A stretch of 62,525 nucleotides of DNA, the filler included, from Stramenopiles sp. TOSAG23-3 (taxonomy: Eukaryota), in the NCBI GenBank assembly GCA_900128585.1. It is 18 parts of 18 records of this genome, joined end to end, with 100 filler letters (N's around TTAATTAATTAA, not from the genome) between each part and the next. Parts side by side here need not be neighbours in the genome. Positions count along the whole stretch, not along the records: positions 20,934 to 24,313 come from LT644257.1; positions 24,414 to 27,793 come from LT644258.1; positions 27,894 to 31,272 come from LT644259.1; positions 31,373 to 34,750 come from LT644260.1; 14 more parts are not named here. One strand, given 5' to 3'. The translations under genes and the position numbers were made by a program. Shown in pieces: positions 22,080 to 34,679 of this stretch. The notes under the pieces are model-generated. The model was not told where the DNA came from and did not search any database. It was given only the letters and a program-made list of their open reading frames with translations. Position 1 is the stretch's first letter; each line of letters starts with the position of its first letter.

Positions 22080-24313
22080 ATGGATAAAAAAATCCTGCTG
22101 TTTACCTTGTTGATACTGTTTGGTGAAGAAAGAACGAAAGAGAAGATGCTTGGTTCGCCAGATTTGCTAACGCTGTCCTCGAGAAGGGAGAGGAGGGCGG
22201 AGAGTGGGCTCCTCGGTACGTTCGACTACGACGATATTCGGCGTGAGTTGGACGAGTCGAGGGCAATAAAATATCAAACGGATAGGATTCTATCGCAGTA
22301 CCTGAAGGCTTCGGAAAAGGCGAGCAAAATGGCTAAAAGGCCGGAGCCCCAGTCGAACGGTTCGGCAAGGCTAGACACCAGCGACGAGGACGAAAGGCTC
22401 CTTCCAAAGACCTCACGAAGCGCGCCCCAAGAAAAGCGGCGGAGGCGCAAGGGAAAGGCCAATTCCACCGCCCGAAACACCACAAAACCTAGACCAAAGA
22501 GAAAGATGGGCCGATCGAAGGTTATCATGGAGCGACCGTTGCCGACGAAGAAAAAGGAAAAGGACGAGCTGGCACGGCAAGCCGCCCAGCGAAAGCAACA
22601 AGCTGCCCAACGGGCGAAAAAACGGACGAACCCGAACGCCGGTTCTCCCGGAACTGCCAATCGGCTATTTGTTTCGAAGAAAAGTTGGATACGACCTGCC
22701 GAGCTGGACTGTATTCGAACGGTGCCTAAACCGGAGGTCCAAATTATCCAGCGCAGTGGCCGGAGGAGGCCGAAGCAGGCACCGACGGAGGTTTTAGACA
22801 TGAGGACGAAAGCGTACGATGCCCAGTTCGTGTCAGTGTCCGGGCGGGATCGTTCTGACCGTGGCCTGGCCAGGAGGGAACGCGACAGCGAACGGATCCT
22901 CGGCCTTTCCAGCGTATCGCAGCGGTTGACGATACACGCGGAATCCGACGAAACCCACCTCCAAAGTAGACAAGCGTCGCGACTGCAGGGCCCATCGCCC
23001 CGCATGCTGCGCCCAGAGCCGGTGGCAAAATCACGGTCCCCAGTTGCCACCGTTCTGCCGCAGGAACAACAAAACTTGGGCGCGGCGACGCCCACGTTGC
23101 TGAAACAGAGCCCTCCGAAAAGCGTGGGGGACGCCCTGGCCAGTGCGGTGGCGGCCGTGGAGCCACAAGTCGAGACGTCGCCAGTGCACCCCGTGCAGAA
23201 AATCGCAAGTAGAAGCAAGCCTCTGGCGATGCCAAGCTCAACACTCGAGGCAAGCGAGGAGATGATTCGACAGTTGCAGGCCAAAACGGCCTTGTTGGAG
23301 ACGACCAACGAGGCACTTAAGTCCCAGTTGCTCAACACCGAGTCCCGCAGCATAGAAACTGAAAGAAGGGAACGGGCGGTTCGTGCAGCTCGGACACAAG
23401 AGGCCGAGGAGCAGAAACGCATGGCCGCGGAAACAGAAATGGCGAAACAGCGAATGGAAGACGCACTGAAAGCCAAAAACGACGCCTTCTCGATGGTGGA
23501 AACGTTGAAGGACGCGAACACGACGCTGCAGAAAGGCTGTGAAGTGTTGCAAGAGCAGGTCGTTGCGCACCAAAAACGCGCTGACAATGCCGACATGACA
23601 GCGGTGCAGCTTCGGGAGGAGCAGTACCAGAAAAATGTACAACGCCAGAACACGCAGAGGACCGTTGCCCTTTCGCAGGTCTCTGCCCACAATTTTGACG
23701 ACCTGTGCTCCCTTCTGGTTGCCGAACTATGCTATGAAAATTTGGCGCCGCCGACCAAAGGCCCTCCAGCATCCTCCTTGCGCCCCGAGAAGCCCTCGTT
23801 CGAGCGGACCAAGCCGGCGCCGACCGCCACGGTGCTTCACCAGACAGCAGACGTTTACAAGGCGCTCCCCACCGCGAACGAAGACACTGCACCTGTCGCT
23901 GCCGAAGTGTCGAACGAAGAGAACTCCGAGGACGATTACGACGAAGACTATGAAAATGAGTTTGAGGACGACGACGCTTCGAAGTTGTCCAAGGAGGAAA
24001 GTGCAGTTGCGAACACCACCCCCGCGGATGCTCCAACGGCACTCCCTGTAGTAGACCAGAGTAAATTTGTAAACGATGCATTTGTCCTCCGATTGCAGGG
24101 TGAGCTCGAACAGTTGCGCCAGAATGTAAATAAGAATGCCGAATTTGAGAAGCAGGCGTACGAAGAACGAATGAAACGGGAGGTAATGGAAGAAAAAATG
24201 CGCTTCGTCAAAGACAGGGAGGGGTTGATGCTACGCCTGGGAGAAGCGGAGGCAAAGGCCCTTCGGGGAGAACAGCAGGAAGAGCATATAAAAGAACTGC
24301 ATCGTGCCATTCA
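22080..24313 (+). CDS. Hypothetical low-complexity/coiled-coil protein, 3'-truncated (alternative ATG at 22146)
   Basis: Open frame of more than 740 codons with a basic N-terminus, coiled coils and an acidic EDDYDEDYENEFEDDD patch. Confidence 0.78.
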
Positions 24314-24413
24314 NNNNNNNNNNNNNNNNNNNNNNNNNNNNNNNNNNNNNNNNNNNNTTAATTAATTAANNNNNNNNNNNNNNNNNNNNNNNNNNNNNNN
24401 NNNNNNNNNNNNN

Positions 24414-25215
24414 TAGCTGGATCTCCTCCTTCGGTATAGGTGGTAGACTCGGCATTTTGGCTCCATGTGCTGTCATGCTTTTTCGATGAGGATCCTCCTC
24501 CACCTCCACCACCAAAGAGGCCCCACGCTACTTGCAATTGCGCTTGGATGTCAGAATCACTTTTTTCAGAGAAATATTCCTGCGAAATGATCGTACTCAT
24601 AGTAGCTGTTCCCCCGAGCGTCGCTGCGGAAATATAATGGGTTCCGTAATCACGAATAAATTGGGAATATGCTGTAGAGTCATATGACTCTGGAAGTTGC
24701 TGCACATACTGCTGAAACTTGTAGGTACCAACAACAAGTGCCGCAGGGTCAACAGTGATCGAGTACAAACCAAGTTCACAAGAACTTTCAGCAGTTATAT
24801 GCATTCCGTCTTTCATTTTCGAATACGCTTGTTGGGTTTTCACGCTTGCGCTAAAGAATCCACCAAAACCTGCTTGGATATTTGCACTGGAAGCCTGCTG
24901 CTCCACGAGTTGGTTTACTGAGCGGTATATCTTGTGGCCCATAAACTGCGTAGTCTTCTGTGTTACAGTCGCTTGATCGGGATATGCATATTTGGTCTTA
25001 TTTCCGAAAGGATCAATCCACGTGTTTTTTCCAGAATTGTAAAAAGTGAAGTTTACCACTTTCCTTCCAACCCCGAAAGACTTCCCTTTCACTGCGTCGA
25101 AACCAATACCAACAGCGTCGATACCGGGGAGGCACTCCAGAGAAGCTGTGTTGTAACAACCAGCGTCTGCTACGGATAGCAATACAAATAGATAGATGAT
25201 GTTAAAGATTTTCAT
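24414..25215 (-). CDS. Secreted MACPF/perforin-like protein A, 3'-truncated
   Basis: Signal peptide MKIFNIIYLFVLLSVADA. MACPF signature FIRDYGTHYISAATLGG and a GGDP motif. Confidence 0.9.
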
Positions 25216-26055
25216 GTTGTCTTTACTTTTGACAAATATGATTATGCATTGAATTCTATTGATTGACTGTTTGCTTTTTTTTCCGTGTCACTATTTACAA
25301 ATACGATTGTTTCGTCTTCGTATACTCAAACTCAAAACCTCCCCCCCCCCTTCACTCCTCAGATTTTGCCATATCTTTCTTCATTCTGGCCCTATTGTAT
25401 TTACCTGTTCCACAAAATTTGCACGTAGTGACTACGATCTTGTAGAGGCAAGGTATGAAGATTTATTTTTTATTAAATTTACAAGAAGCATGATATATTT
25501 ATGTTAAAACATACCCGCAGATTAGATGGTACGTAAAAATAGAAACCACACTTGATAGCAAATCTGTTCAACACTACCAATAGTACGAATTTTTAATTCA
25601 AATTAAGGAAATGTTGGAAAAATAGAGGGCATGGATGCAACATTTTTGTCGTTCATCTCCAGCTGCAAAATTTCCAAAATTCTGAATGGTCGTTGTTGAT
25701 GCTATCCCCATGTAAGCGAAGAAAAAATTAAGAATTTTAGAAAGTATTCTCGTCAATCCGAATAGGGTCTACAAAAAAGTTGTACTTGTAATGCGTCTAA
25801 TAGGAAGTACAGATGTGCAGACTATTTTCTTTTTTTCTTAGTCTTCCGTTTTTTATATTCATTTTTTTATTATTATATATTATATATTATTAGACTATTA
25901 TTAATAAAAAAATACCAATACTTTATTAAACAATTTCAAGTTTGCCCATGAGAGAGGAGTTTCCACATAATGAAAAAAACGACTAAATGTCACCGGATAA
26001 TACAGGTGACACTAATCAGCAACACGAATACTTGTGATTTAATTGTATCAACAAG

Positions 26056-27045
26056 ATGAAATATTTCAACAAAATATGTGTGTCAGTCTTGGTGTTCGTG
26101 GCAAACGCCAGTTATTACGTTGGGGCTGCTTTGAAGCCGCTGCCAGGTATTGAAAATGTTGGCCTCGGGTTTAACGCGGTGACCGGGCAGGTGGCGTTGG
26201 GGGGACGGCAAGTTGTAAACTTTACTTTCAACAACGCTGGAAAGAATATTTGGGTTGATCCATTTGGGAATAATAAAAAGTACATATATCCAGACCAAGC
26301 AACAGTACAAGACGGTACTACCGAGATGTATGAATATGTATTTCGGTCAGTATTCCAAGTTGTGAGACAGCAGGTTTCCAGTGCAAAAGTCCCGGAAGTT
26401 TTTGGTGGATTCTTTTGTAAGAGCGGGGAAACTCTTCAAGCTCGTTCTGCGATGAAAGATGGATATCATATTGTTGGTGATTCCCGTTGTAATATACCAA
26501 TTTACTCAATCACGTTAGACCGTTCTTCACTAGGTGTTGCGCCATACAAGTTTCAACAGTATGTACAACAACTTCCAGAGTCATATGATGCTTCAGCGTA
26601 TTCCAATCTCATTCGTGATTATGGAACACATTATATTTCCGCTGCAAGTCTAGGTGGAGCGGCCGTTATGTCCACAATTATTGATTATGACTATTTTAGT
26701 AATCATACTGATTCTGACATCTTAACACAAATGGAAAAAGTGTGGAATTCTTTTGGTGGTGGGTGTGGAGGAGGCTCGCCAGGAAAGCCAGACAGCACAT
26801 GGAGCCAAAATGCCGCGTCTACCACCGGTACCGAAGGAGGAGATCCGACTATTCGGTACTGGAACAATAAAGCTCAATGGGCTGCATGGGCAAAGTCTGT
26901 GGAAAATGTGAACGCAGCCGAGATGATTTCGTATACACTTGATTTTATCTACATGCGTATTCCCGCTGGTGCAAAGCGAGACAATGCCATGAAAGCTGTG
27001 TTTGCATATGCTGCAGAGAATAATATGGAATGGTGTGATAAATAA
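26056..27045 (+). CDS. Secreted MACPF/perforin-like protein B
   Basis: Signal peptide, LIRDYGTHYISAASLGG and GGDP...WAAWAKSV. Clear paralogue of the divergent gene at 24414-25215. Confidence 0.9.
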   Translation: MKYFNKICVSVLVFVANASYYVGAALKPLPGIENVGLGFNAVTGQVALGGRQVVNFTFNNAGKNIWVDPFGNNKKYIYPDQATVQDGTTEMYEYVFRSVFQVVRQQVSSAKVPEVFGGFFCKSGETLQARSAMKDGYHIVGDSRCNIPIYSITLDRSSLGVAPYKFQQYVQQLPESYDASAYSNLIRDYGTHYISAASLGGAAVMSTIIDYDYFSNHTDSDILTQMEKVWNSFGGGCGGGSPGKPDSTWSQNAASTTGTEGGDPTIRYWNNKAQWAAWAKSVENVNAAEMISYTLDFIYMRIPAGAKRDNAMKAVFAYAAENNMEWCDK

Positions 27046-27893
27046 AACGCGCGGGGGTTTTTATTGTAAAAATTACTTCGTAATTTATTAGTAAAAGATC
27101 TTCAAACTTTGCAATTACCATAACCACAGTCCTTTGTATAATTCAAAAAAAATATTATTCTTTTTTTTAATTCCCTTAGCAGTGCTTTTTCTTCCCATTT
27201 CTCTGTTTTTTTTCGACGAGAATGCCGATTTATTGACTGGAACTTCCCCACTATCAGCTGCTTTCGAAAATGCTTTTTCTCCATTTTTCACCCACTTCTT
27301 GAAACGTTCTTTTTGGGGGTCCGTGAAGCCTAAGCCTCCAGTGCCTTGGACCTCCTTCAAAAGTAGTAAACAGGTATATTATTAATAATATGTTGTTGGT
27401 TATTTTTGTTTGATTATATTTTTAATATATTTTCACCACTTTTTATTAAAAATAACTAAACAAAAAAACAGCAATAGCTCCTCCTACATTCATTTTGCAG
27501 TCACTCGTCACTCGATCGTTTTATTAATGTAGAAATAGCGTGGGAATCAGCCAACAACTTCTCGGCGAGTTCAAGATTCCCGCTGTGACACCAAAGAATA
27601 AAATTATTTTCTTTCTCAGTAGTGTCACTTTCATCGGTTGCTAATGAAGCCATTCTTTAACAGCATAAATTGCGGGTTACTTTGATGGCGACGTTTCATA
27701 CTTACTTTACTAACTATTTAGTTAATATATTTAAATTATATGGAATAGTAGTCATATCATTGCAATCATTGTCAATTACATTCAATACCATTGNNNNNNN
27801 NNNNNNNNNNNNNNNNNNNNNNNNNNNNNNNNNNNNNTTAATTAATTAANNNNNNNNNNNNNNNNNNNNNNNNNNNNNNNNNNNNNNNNNNNN

Positions 27894-28303
27894 GTCTCAG
27901 TATCAAACCCAATAAGTCTTATATCTCCCTCGTTAGAGCAGGGCACAATAGAAGAGTCGTAATCGGACAGTAAGCTAGACATAGCGACTTCTTCCTCTTC
28001 GAAACTTTTTACAATATGCACTTGTCCCTTGAAAACGTCAAGCGACGGGGACGATCCAACACCTGCTGCCCCGGACAAACTTTTAAGAATCTCTTGATGC
28101 CGCAAAGTCTCTTCTTCCTCGCTGAGGAGGCCGATAAACTTTCCTTTCGATATCATGCGTTCCCCATTCAGATTACTCCCACTAAAATCACTAAAACGGT
28201 ACAGGGTTTCCATGCCTTTCGCTGCTGCACCACGAGGCTGCCAAAGGTGTCGTCCTACCAGTCCTACACCAATAGCCCCTCGACGCCATACAGTCTGTTG
28301 CAT
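27894..28303 (-). CDS. Probable 3'-5' exonuclease (WRN/EXD2-like DEDD) with a possible mitochondrial presequence, 3'-truncated
   Basis: FKGQVHIV...LIGFDTE (ExoI motif) at the contig edge. Arg-rich N-terminus lacking acidic residues. Confidence 0.65.
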
Positions 28304-28751
28304 GGTAACAACACAACCAACCAAAAACAACAAAACCGTTCTCTATCTAAACAAAACGATGGGTCAGTTGTGTGCATACACTAATTAACCATATAGTTCT
28401 GAACTCCTTTTGTTCATTCAAACCACCATTAATTTTATAGGTTCGTTCGAGAAGTCGAGGAGGAGTGTGAGATCATCAGTATGTTCTCTGAAGAAGAACG
28501 AACTGTGAGATGAGGGTACGTAGGTAGTGTGTTGTGAGAGCTGCTGTGGACAAAAAAATAAGCAATAATAGAGATGATTATATATTATAATAATAATAAG
28601 GAAGAAATATGTCTATGCTGTGCGCTGCGTATAATATTATATGACTTTTTAATCCTACATACAGAAGACACATCATGGCCACCACGGCGTTAGAGTCGTT
28701 CGTAAGAATTATTACGAAGAAAAAATATTCTTAGTTTTTATCTGAATCACT

Positions 28752-29801
28752 TTAAACCATCTCAAGGGAAGCTTTGGCTTCCATTTTTTTAAGATTACGG
28801 TTAGTGGGTTTGTCTTTGCCTCCCTTCTTCACGTATATGTTCATCACCATGCCGGCAAGTACCAAAAACACCCCGAGCATGTAGCTGGAATTGACGGGCT
28901 TGGGGAACAGGATGAAACTAAACATAATGGTCACCGCTTTTCGCATCGACGTAGTCGTAACAGTCACCAGTGCCCCGTACGTCTTGACCATGATCATGAC
29001 GAAATTTTCGCCAACAACGCCAGAAAAGCAAAATATAAACAAGGGGACAATCGATTGTGGGTTTGTCAACATATACACAATGCAAGTCAGTTGGCCTGCA
29101 CAGAGACAAACGAAAAATGAAATCAAGACGCCAAAACTCTTCGTGTAGAAGAGCGATTCCGACGCACTTGGCTTGAATTCGACGAACACTTTCTCTTGAA
29201 AATTTCCAATCAACGCGTCTGCCAACAATGCAGTCAGTATAAGCACAAAACCGAAAGTGGTATCCGTGTCCATCCCTCTCCCACGCGAAGAATTCGAAAC
29301 GTTCAACAAAACCAACCCCAAAGTAATACAGCACACACAGACATATTCAATTGTGCGGTACCGTTTGCGCAGAATGATGGTTCCCATGAGCATAACGGGC
29401 AAAATCTTCGAACTTTTGAACAATACTTGGGTAGGGTACGTCAGGTAGTCACACGAAGCATTTGAAAGTCCCACTGTTCCCACTGAGCAAAATGCAAGCA
29501 ACAAATAACTTGAGAGGGGGGCGACGCGGGGTTTCGCCTTGTTCGCCCGCCCGCCTTCAATAAACGTCCTTTGAAAGTACATAAACACGGCGTAAAATAC
29601 ATACTGAACAAAAGTAAGGAACCAGCCACACGGTTGACCGGCCTGCCTCCATTGTCGAAATAAAACCTCTTGAGCAATCCCGTACACAAAGTAACAACTG
29701 AACACTCCTACAACACACATAATGAAGCGATTCCGAGGCCCCATACGACTAATATCGAACCCAAACAGTCGGATCTCGCCTTCTTCACGTGTGTTCTCCA
29801 T
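28752..29801 (-). CDS. UAA-family nucleotide-sugar/PAPS transporter (SLC35B3/PAPST2-like)
   Basis: YGIAQE, GWFLTFVQ, LSNASCDYLTYPTQVLFKSSKILPVM, DALIGNFQEK and TSMRKAVT motifs. Many hydrophobic segments. Confidence 0.9.
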   Translation of the reverse strand: MENTREEGEIRLFGFDISRMGPRNRFIMCVVGVFSCYFVYGIAQEVLFRQWRQAGQPCGWFLTFVQYVFYAVFMYFQRTFIEGGRANKAKPRVAPLSSYLLLAFCSVGTVGLSNASCDYLTYPTQVLFKSSKILPVMLMGTIILRKRYRTIEYVCVCCITLGLVLLNVSNSSRGRGMDTDTTFGFVLILTALLADALIGNFQEKVFVEFKPSASESLFYTKSFGVLISFFVCLCAGQLTCIVYMLTNPQSIVPLFIFCFSGVVGENFVMIMVKTYGALVTVTTTSMRKAVTIMFSFILFPKPVNSSYMLGVFLVLAGMVMNIYVKKGGKDKPTNRNLKKMEAKASLEMV

Positions 29802-30321
29802 GGTTTTACTGTCTGTCTCCTCTCCTCCCACACGTTATTGCCAAATCGTATCAGGGTAGATGAATCACGCACAAATTAATGATCCCTCTGCAATATTCTC
29901 TGCGATTAAATTATTTAACAAACTGTGCTTGGTTTCGTTCCCTGTGATCTTTCGTCTGGTAAAAAACACCTAATATTATTATTATATTTTTTTTTTATTA
30001 TAATATTAGGTAGAAGAAAGAAAAGGAGAGGAGGGCGGGCGAGGCACGGAGACCGGAGGATGTGAGATGTGAGCGAGAAGAAGAAAGAGGATGATGATTG
30101 ATGATGGGCGGCGGGCGGCGGGAGCGGCTGGTGTGTTATAAAAAATAATAGTAGACGTAATACCATTAATTATAAAATATAGATTTTTAACAACAGCATA
30201 AGCACAGCATTAGGAAATTTATTAAATATAATTAATATTATTGTTACTATATTATTACTTTTGATCTTTATTGTGATAATAGTGTAGTAAATTAATAGAG
30301 GATTGAGATCACTCACCATCA

Positions 30322-30561
30322 TCATGAAGACCCGGTTTGTTTTGCAATCTTCTCGAGCTGTTCCAAAATAGATTGCTCCATTCTAGAGACTTTTTCGCTG
30401 ACGCTTTGCAATTTCGTATTCAGCTCCTTCTTCACACTTTCAACCTGGTTTTCGCACCTTTGCATTTCTTCTTTCATGTTTTTATTGATTCGTTTCAATC
30501 TGCCCTCCCGGTTATCGCAGCCGGGCGCACTTTCGTTGCCTTCGACATGATTCTGATTTTG
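30322..30561 (-). pseudogene. Orphan terminal exon or remnant encoding a coiled-coil tail
   Basis: After an acceptor-like ttcatttctaaatag it reads QNQNHVEG...EGRLKRINKNMKEEMQRCENQVESVKKELNTKLQSVSEKVSRMEQSILEQLEKIAKQTGSS*. No upstream exon is recognisable. Confidence 0.45.
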
Positions 30562-31372
30562 CTATTTAGAAATGAAAGTCTTTTGCAAACGTGCAATGTA
30601 GTTTTTGCGCTAACTATCCTTCGTTCACGGGTGATTCCTTTTTCTTTCTAAACAATCTTGTTTACATTCAAAAACCATTCATTGCATACACATCATTGTG
30701 GTTATCCAAATATACCATACGCGCATAGATCATTATCAGGCACTAGCATTATACTCTGGTACTTCTTTTTTCGTCATCATCATATTTTATTAATAATAAT
30801 AATTAAGTTTGTATATTTTTTGCACCGCCGTACCGGTACCGTATTTATGCCTCGCCCTCCCCCCTCACTTTCTTGTCGTTTCCTTATTATTACCTGCTAT
30901 TGTTAGATCTATAGATATCGATCAATCATAAAAAAGATCCTGATGATTAGTATTTTTGGAATATTAGAATATATCTAAACATTTCCTACGCTGTGTCTAT
31001 GATATCTAAGCAACGAAGTTATGATAAAATATGTAGCACGACTTCTATAAATATCACAACAAACTGTAACTTCTTTTCTGTAGTATTAAGGATAGGTGTC
31101 TATAATATATATAGGGATTTAGATTTTTCAATTTATAATTTGATGAGATATAATATGTAGTCTATTTATATTGATAAGACCATATCCTTAATACCGAAGC
31201 GACGATTATAATTCTGGCTTATTTTGCCCATTCTTCTAAATAATCTATTGTGGTGGTTTTGGTAAAACGCCANNNNNNNNNNNNNNNNNNNNNNNNNNNN
31301 NNNNNNNNNNNNNNNNTTAATTAATTAANNNNNNNNNNNNNNNNNNNNNNNNNNNNNNNNNNNNNNNNNNNN

Positions 31373-31451
31373 TTCATTCTTTCCTTCCTTTTTTTCTTCT
31401 TTTTTTTAATTTTATAATAAAATAATAATGACACAGCATCAATTTAACCAA
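31373..31451 (+). repeat. 79-nt exact inverted repeat at contig start (partner 34672-34750 at contig end)
   Basis: ttcattctttcc...caatttaaccaa is the exact reverse complement of the contig's last 79 nt. Confidence 0.95.
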
Positions 31452-31696
31452 CAACAACAACAAACAACAAAAATAAAATTTCTTCTTTTTTTAAAATAAA
31501 TTTTTTCTTTTCTTCTTTTTTTTTTTTGACGGCCAAAGAAAACAAAGAAACAAATATCTCGTTCTAATCATTAGTTCAATTTGTAAGATTTGTTGAAAAA
31601 CGGTGGGCTTAATTTTTTTCTTTAATTCCCACTGCAAAGTACGAAAGGGTGCTATCCATTTTTGAAGAGGCCATTCGCCACCGGTTGTACTGGAGC

Positions 31697-34679
31697 ATGT
31701 CTGGTTTGCCGCCATTCTCTCACGAGATATCGAAAAGCCTAAAGGCTCACTCTGATTGGAGGGACAAAATGAAAGGCAGGGCGGTCTTTCCAGATAAGAA
31801 AAACTGTGTGCCAGGGGCTAGTGCGAAATCGAGTGCGCCGCCATCCGCGGGGGACATACAGAGCGGTCTAGCATTTTTAAAGGTGCACTCCAAGCAAGTA
31901 CGAACCACAAAGCCGTTCCAACCTCCTGTGCTGCGACGGGCCCCGAAGAAAGTGCCGAAGCCGACGAAGGCAAAGTCGTCGACAACCACGGCACACAAAC
32001 AGACCACTCGCGGCAGAGATTTGGCACCAGCCTCCCAGAGGAGCAAAGGGATCGAGAAATTTGACGATTTTGGACCCGACGATCAGTTGTTGGCAGAGTT
32101 AGAGATGGACCACCTCGTGTCCAAAGGCAGGCACGGTGGAAGCGCGGGACCGAGCGGGGCGGCGACCAGGCCGCCCATCAGGCGGAGCGCGCAAGCGAGC
32201 ACTTCCAGTGTTTTTTCAAACGATTTTGTCGATATAGAAGATTTTTCTGGTCCAAGGGCTGCAAACCGAAGCTTCCAAAGCGAGAGTAGCACGAACGACG
32301 ATTTTGATATTTTTGAAAACATTGACCCGGACGCGTTGGCCCACAAAGCAATGTCGCGAAAGAAGACTGCGGTGCAGAAGAAGAAATCGTACGCTGCGTT
32401 CGATAGGGGCAGCCAGAACACCAGTTTTTCAGGGGGCGGGCCAGGCAGCACGTTTCGACAGCCTTTGCAAGCGGAAAACCAGAATTCGCAGCACACTGAC
32501 GAGTGGGAAAGGGAACTAAAAAAGTTACAAACCCAGCACAGCCGGGACCAAGCTGCAATTTTTAAGCTGCTGGAAGCTGGAAAAAGCATGCCGGTTTTTA
32601 TCAAAAACAGAATACCAAAAACTAAGAAACGGATGGATGAGCTGAAGCTTTTGTTGGCCGTGCCCATGCAAGGGGCCGCAGCGTCGACTTCTCAGGGCTC
32701 GGCCCGCAGCCATTATTCCCAAGGGAGCCCGCAAGCGCCTGCCTCATCCCTGCGTCAGCGCCAGCGCACTCCTCCAAAAAGCCAGTACAACGAGCCGGCC
32801 CGACCGACGGGTTCTTTTGAAAAGCAACCGAGCTACGACTACAGCAATGACTTCAATGACGACTTTTCGTGTGCGTCCCCACCGCCCGCTCCGCAGAGAG
32901 ACCCCTTCTTCGCACAAAGTACGGAGAGGTTGGACAGCCGGGCGGAATCTTACCCCGACACCCGCGAAACGGATTCGTACGCGAGGAATCAGACAAACCA
33001 CTTTGATCTCACCGAACCGGACGCCCCCCCCCGTTGGACACCGATACGTGAATGATACAGATGCTAATGTTTACAATTTGCCTGCCGGTGGGGTCGGTTT
33101 TGACGAGACGCTCGGGACAGGCAATGAGTCCAACGCTGAAATTACAAGAAGGCTGCTGAAGCACGTGCGGGAGCATTTTGGGTTTAGCTCGTTCCGTCCG
33201 GGGCAGCTGGAAACGATCACCGCAGCGATCAAGGGGCGCGACACGTTTGCCATCATGCCAACCGGCCAGGGAAAATCCCTGTGTTACCAATTGCCCGGCC
33301 TGTTGAATAGAGGGGTCACCATAGTAATATCGCCGCTGCTGTCATTGGTGCAGGACCAGGTGGGATCCATAAACGTGCTTATGGGAGGGGACAGCTGTGC
33401 TGTATTTTTGAACTCGACGCAGGAAGCGGACGCGACCAGGGAAATATTCAGCCGGCTGTATCGCTGCCAGCCTAATTTTAAATTTTTGTTTGTCACCCCG
33501 GAGAAAATCAGCGCGAGCAGCAGCTTTTCCAACGCCTTGGACAACATGAACGGGGCCAATCTGATCGCCCGCATTGTTATTGACGAGGCGCACTGCGTAA
33601 GCCAATGGGGGCACGACTACCGGCCTGATTATTTGAAGCTGAGCTACTTCAAAGAGCGTTACCCGAAAATTCCTATTTTGGCCCTGACGGCCACCGCCAC
33701 TCCAAGAGTGCGGCAAGATATAATACAAAATTTGCGCATGAAAAGACCCCACCTAACAAAGTTGAGCTTTAATCGGCCAAATTTACGCTATGAGGTGCGT
33801 CAAAAGACCAGCCACAAAAAAGTGCTGGAACAGATGGCGCAACTGATTCGGACAAAGTACAAGAAAAAGTGCGGCATCATTTACTGCCTTTCCCGGAAAA
33901 ATTGCGAAGAGGTAGCCGAGGGATTGAACAGGCTCCTTTATACGAACGAAGTGTCATTCTACCATGCAAATTTGGAGCAGGAGGAGCGGCAGCAACGACA
34001 CGAGGACTGGAGCAACGACAACGGTATCCGGATAATGTGCGCAACTGTGGCGTTTGGAATGGGGATCAACAAGCCAGACGTTCGGTTTGTCATGCACTAT
34101 TCGTTGCCGAAAAGTGCGACGCACTACTACCAGGAAAGTGGTCGGGCAGGTCGGGACGGAGACCCGGCAGACTGCATTGTGTTTTACTCGTTTGGCGATC
34201 GGCAAGTGCTTGAGAGCATGATAACGCAAGACAGGGAAGCGGGAAGGCGACGGCCAGTGACGGCTGCGATTCAGACCCAGCTACAGAATTTGAACATGAT
34301 TCAGGACTACTGCACAAACGAGATGACGTGCAGAAGGAGGCTCCTGATAGAGTTTTTCGGGGATAAATTTGGTAAGTGCTCGGGGAACATGCTGGTGTGC
34401 GACAACTGCAAGTTGGCGAAGACCACCACGGCTGAAGATTTTACCTCCGTTGCAAGGGATATTGTGGGGATGGTTCGTGCAGAGAGAGCCACCATGCTTC
34501 AGGTCATTGCGGGGTACCGCGGGACAAAGTCTACGTCGAAGAAGCAGATACACTGGCCCCCAGAATTTGCAGGGAAAGGCGCGCGGCATTCAAGGGCATT
34601 GCTCGAGAAGATTATGCAAAACTTGGTAATGAAAAAAGCCTTGAAAAACGAGTACAAAAAAGTTGGATCGTTTGGTTAA
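31697..34679 (+). CDS. RecQ DNA helicase, BLM/Sgs1-like. One frame shift near 33024-33060; C-terminus cut within the RQC region
   Basis: MPTGQGKSLCYQLP, DEAHCVSQWGHDYRPDY, ATVAFGMGINKPDVRFV, YYQESGRAGRDG and the RQC Zn motif CRR..C..CDNC. The disordered N-terminus lies in another frame (ORF ending 33055). Confidence 0.9.

Noticed and set aside
27537-27583. Inverted repeat with a gttcaa T-loop-like word, possible tRNA or SINE
   Set aside because: I could not fold a cloverleaf; no convincing D or anticodon arms.
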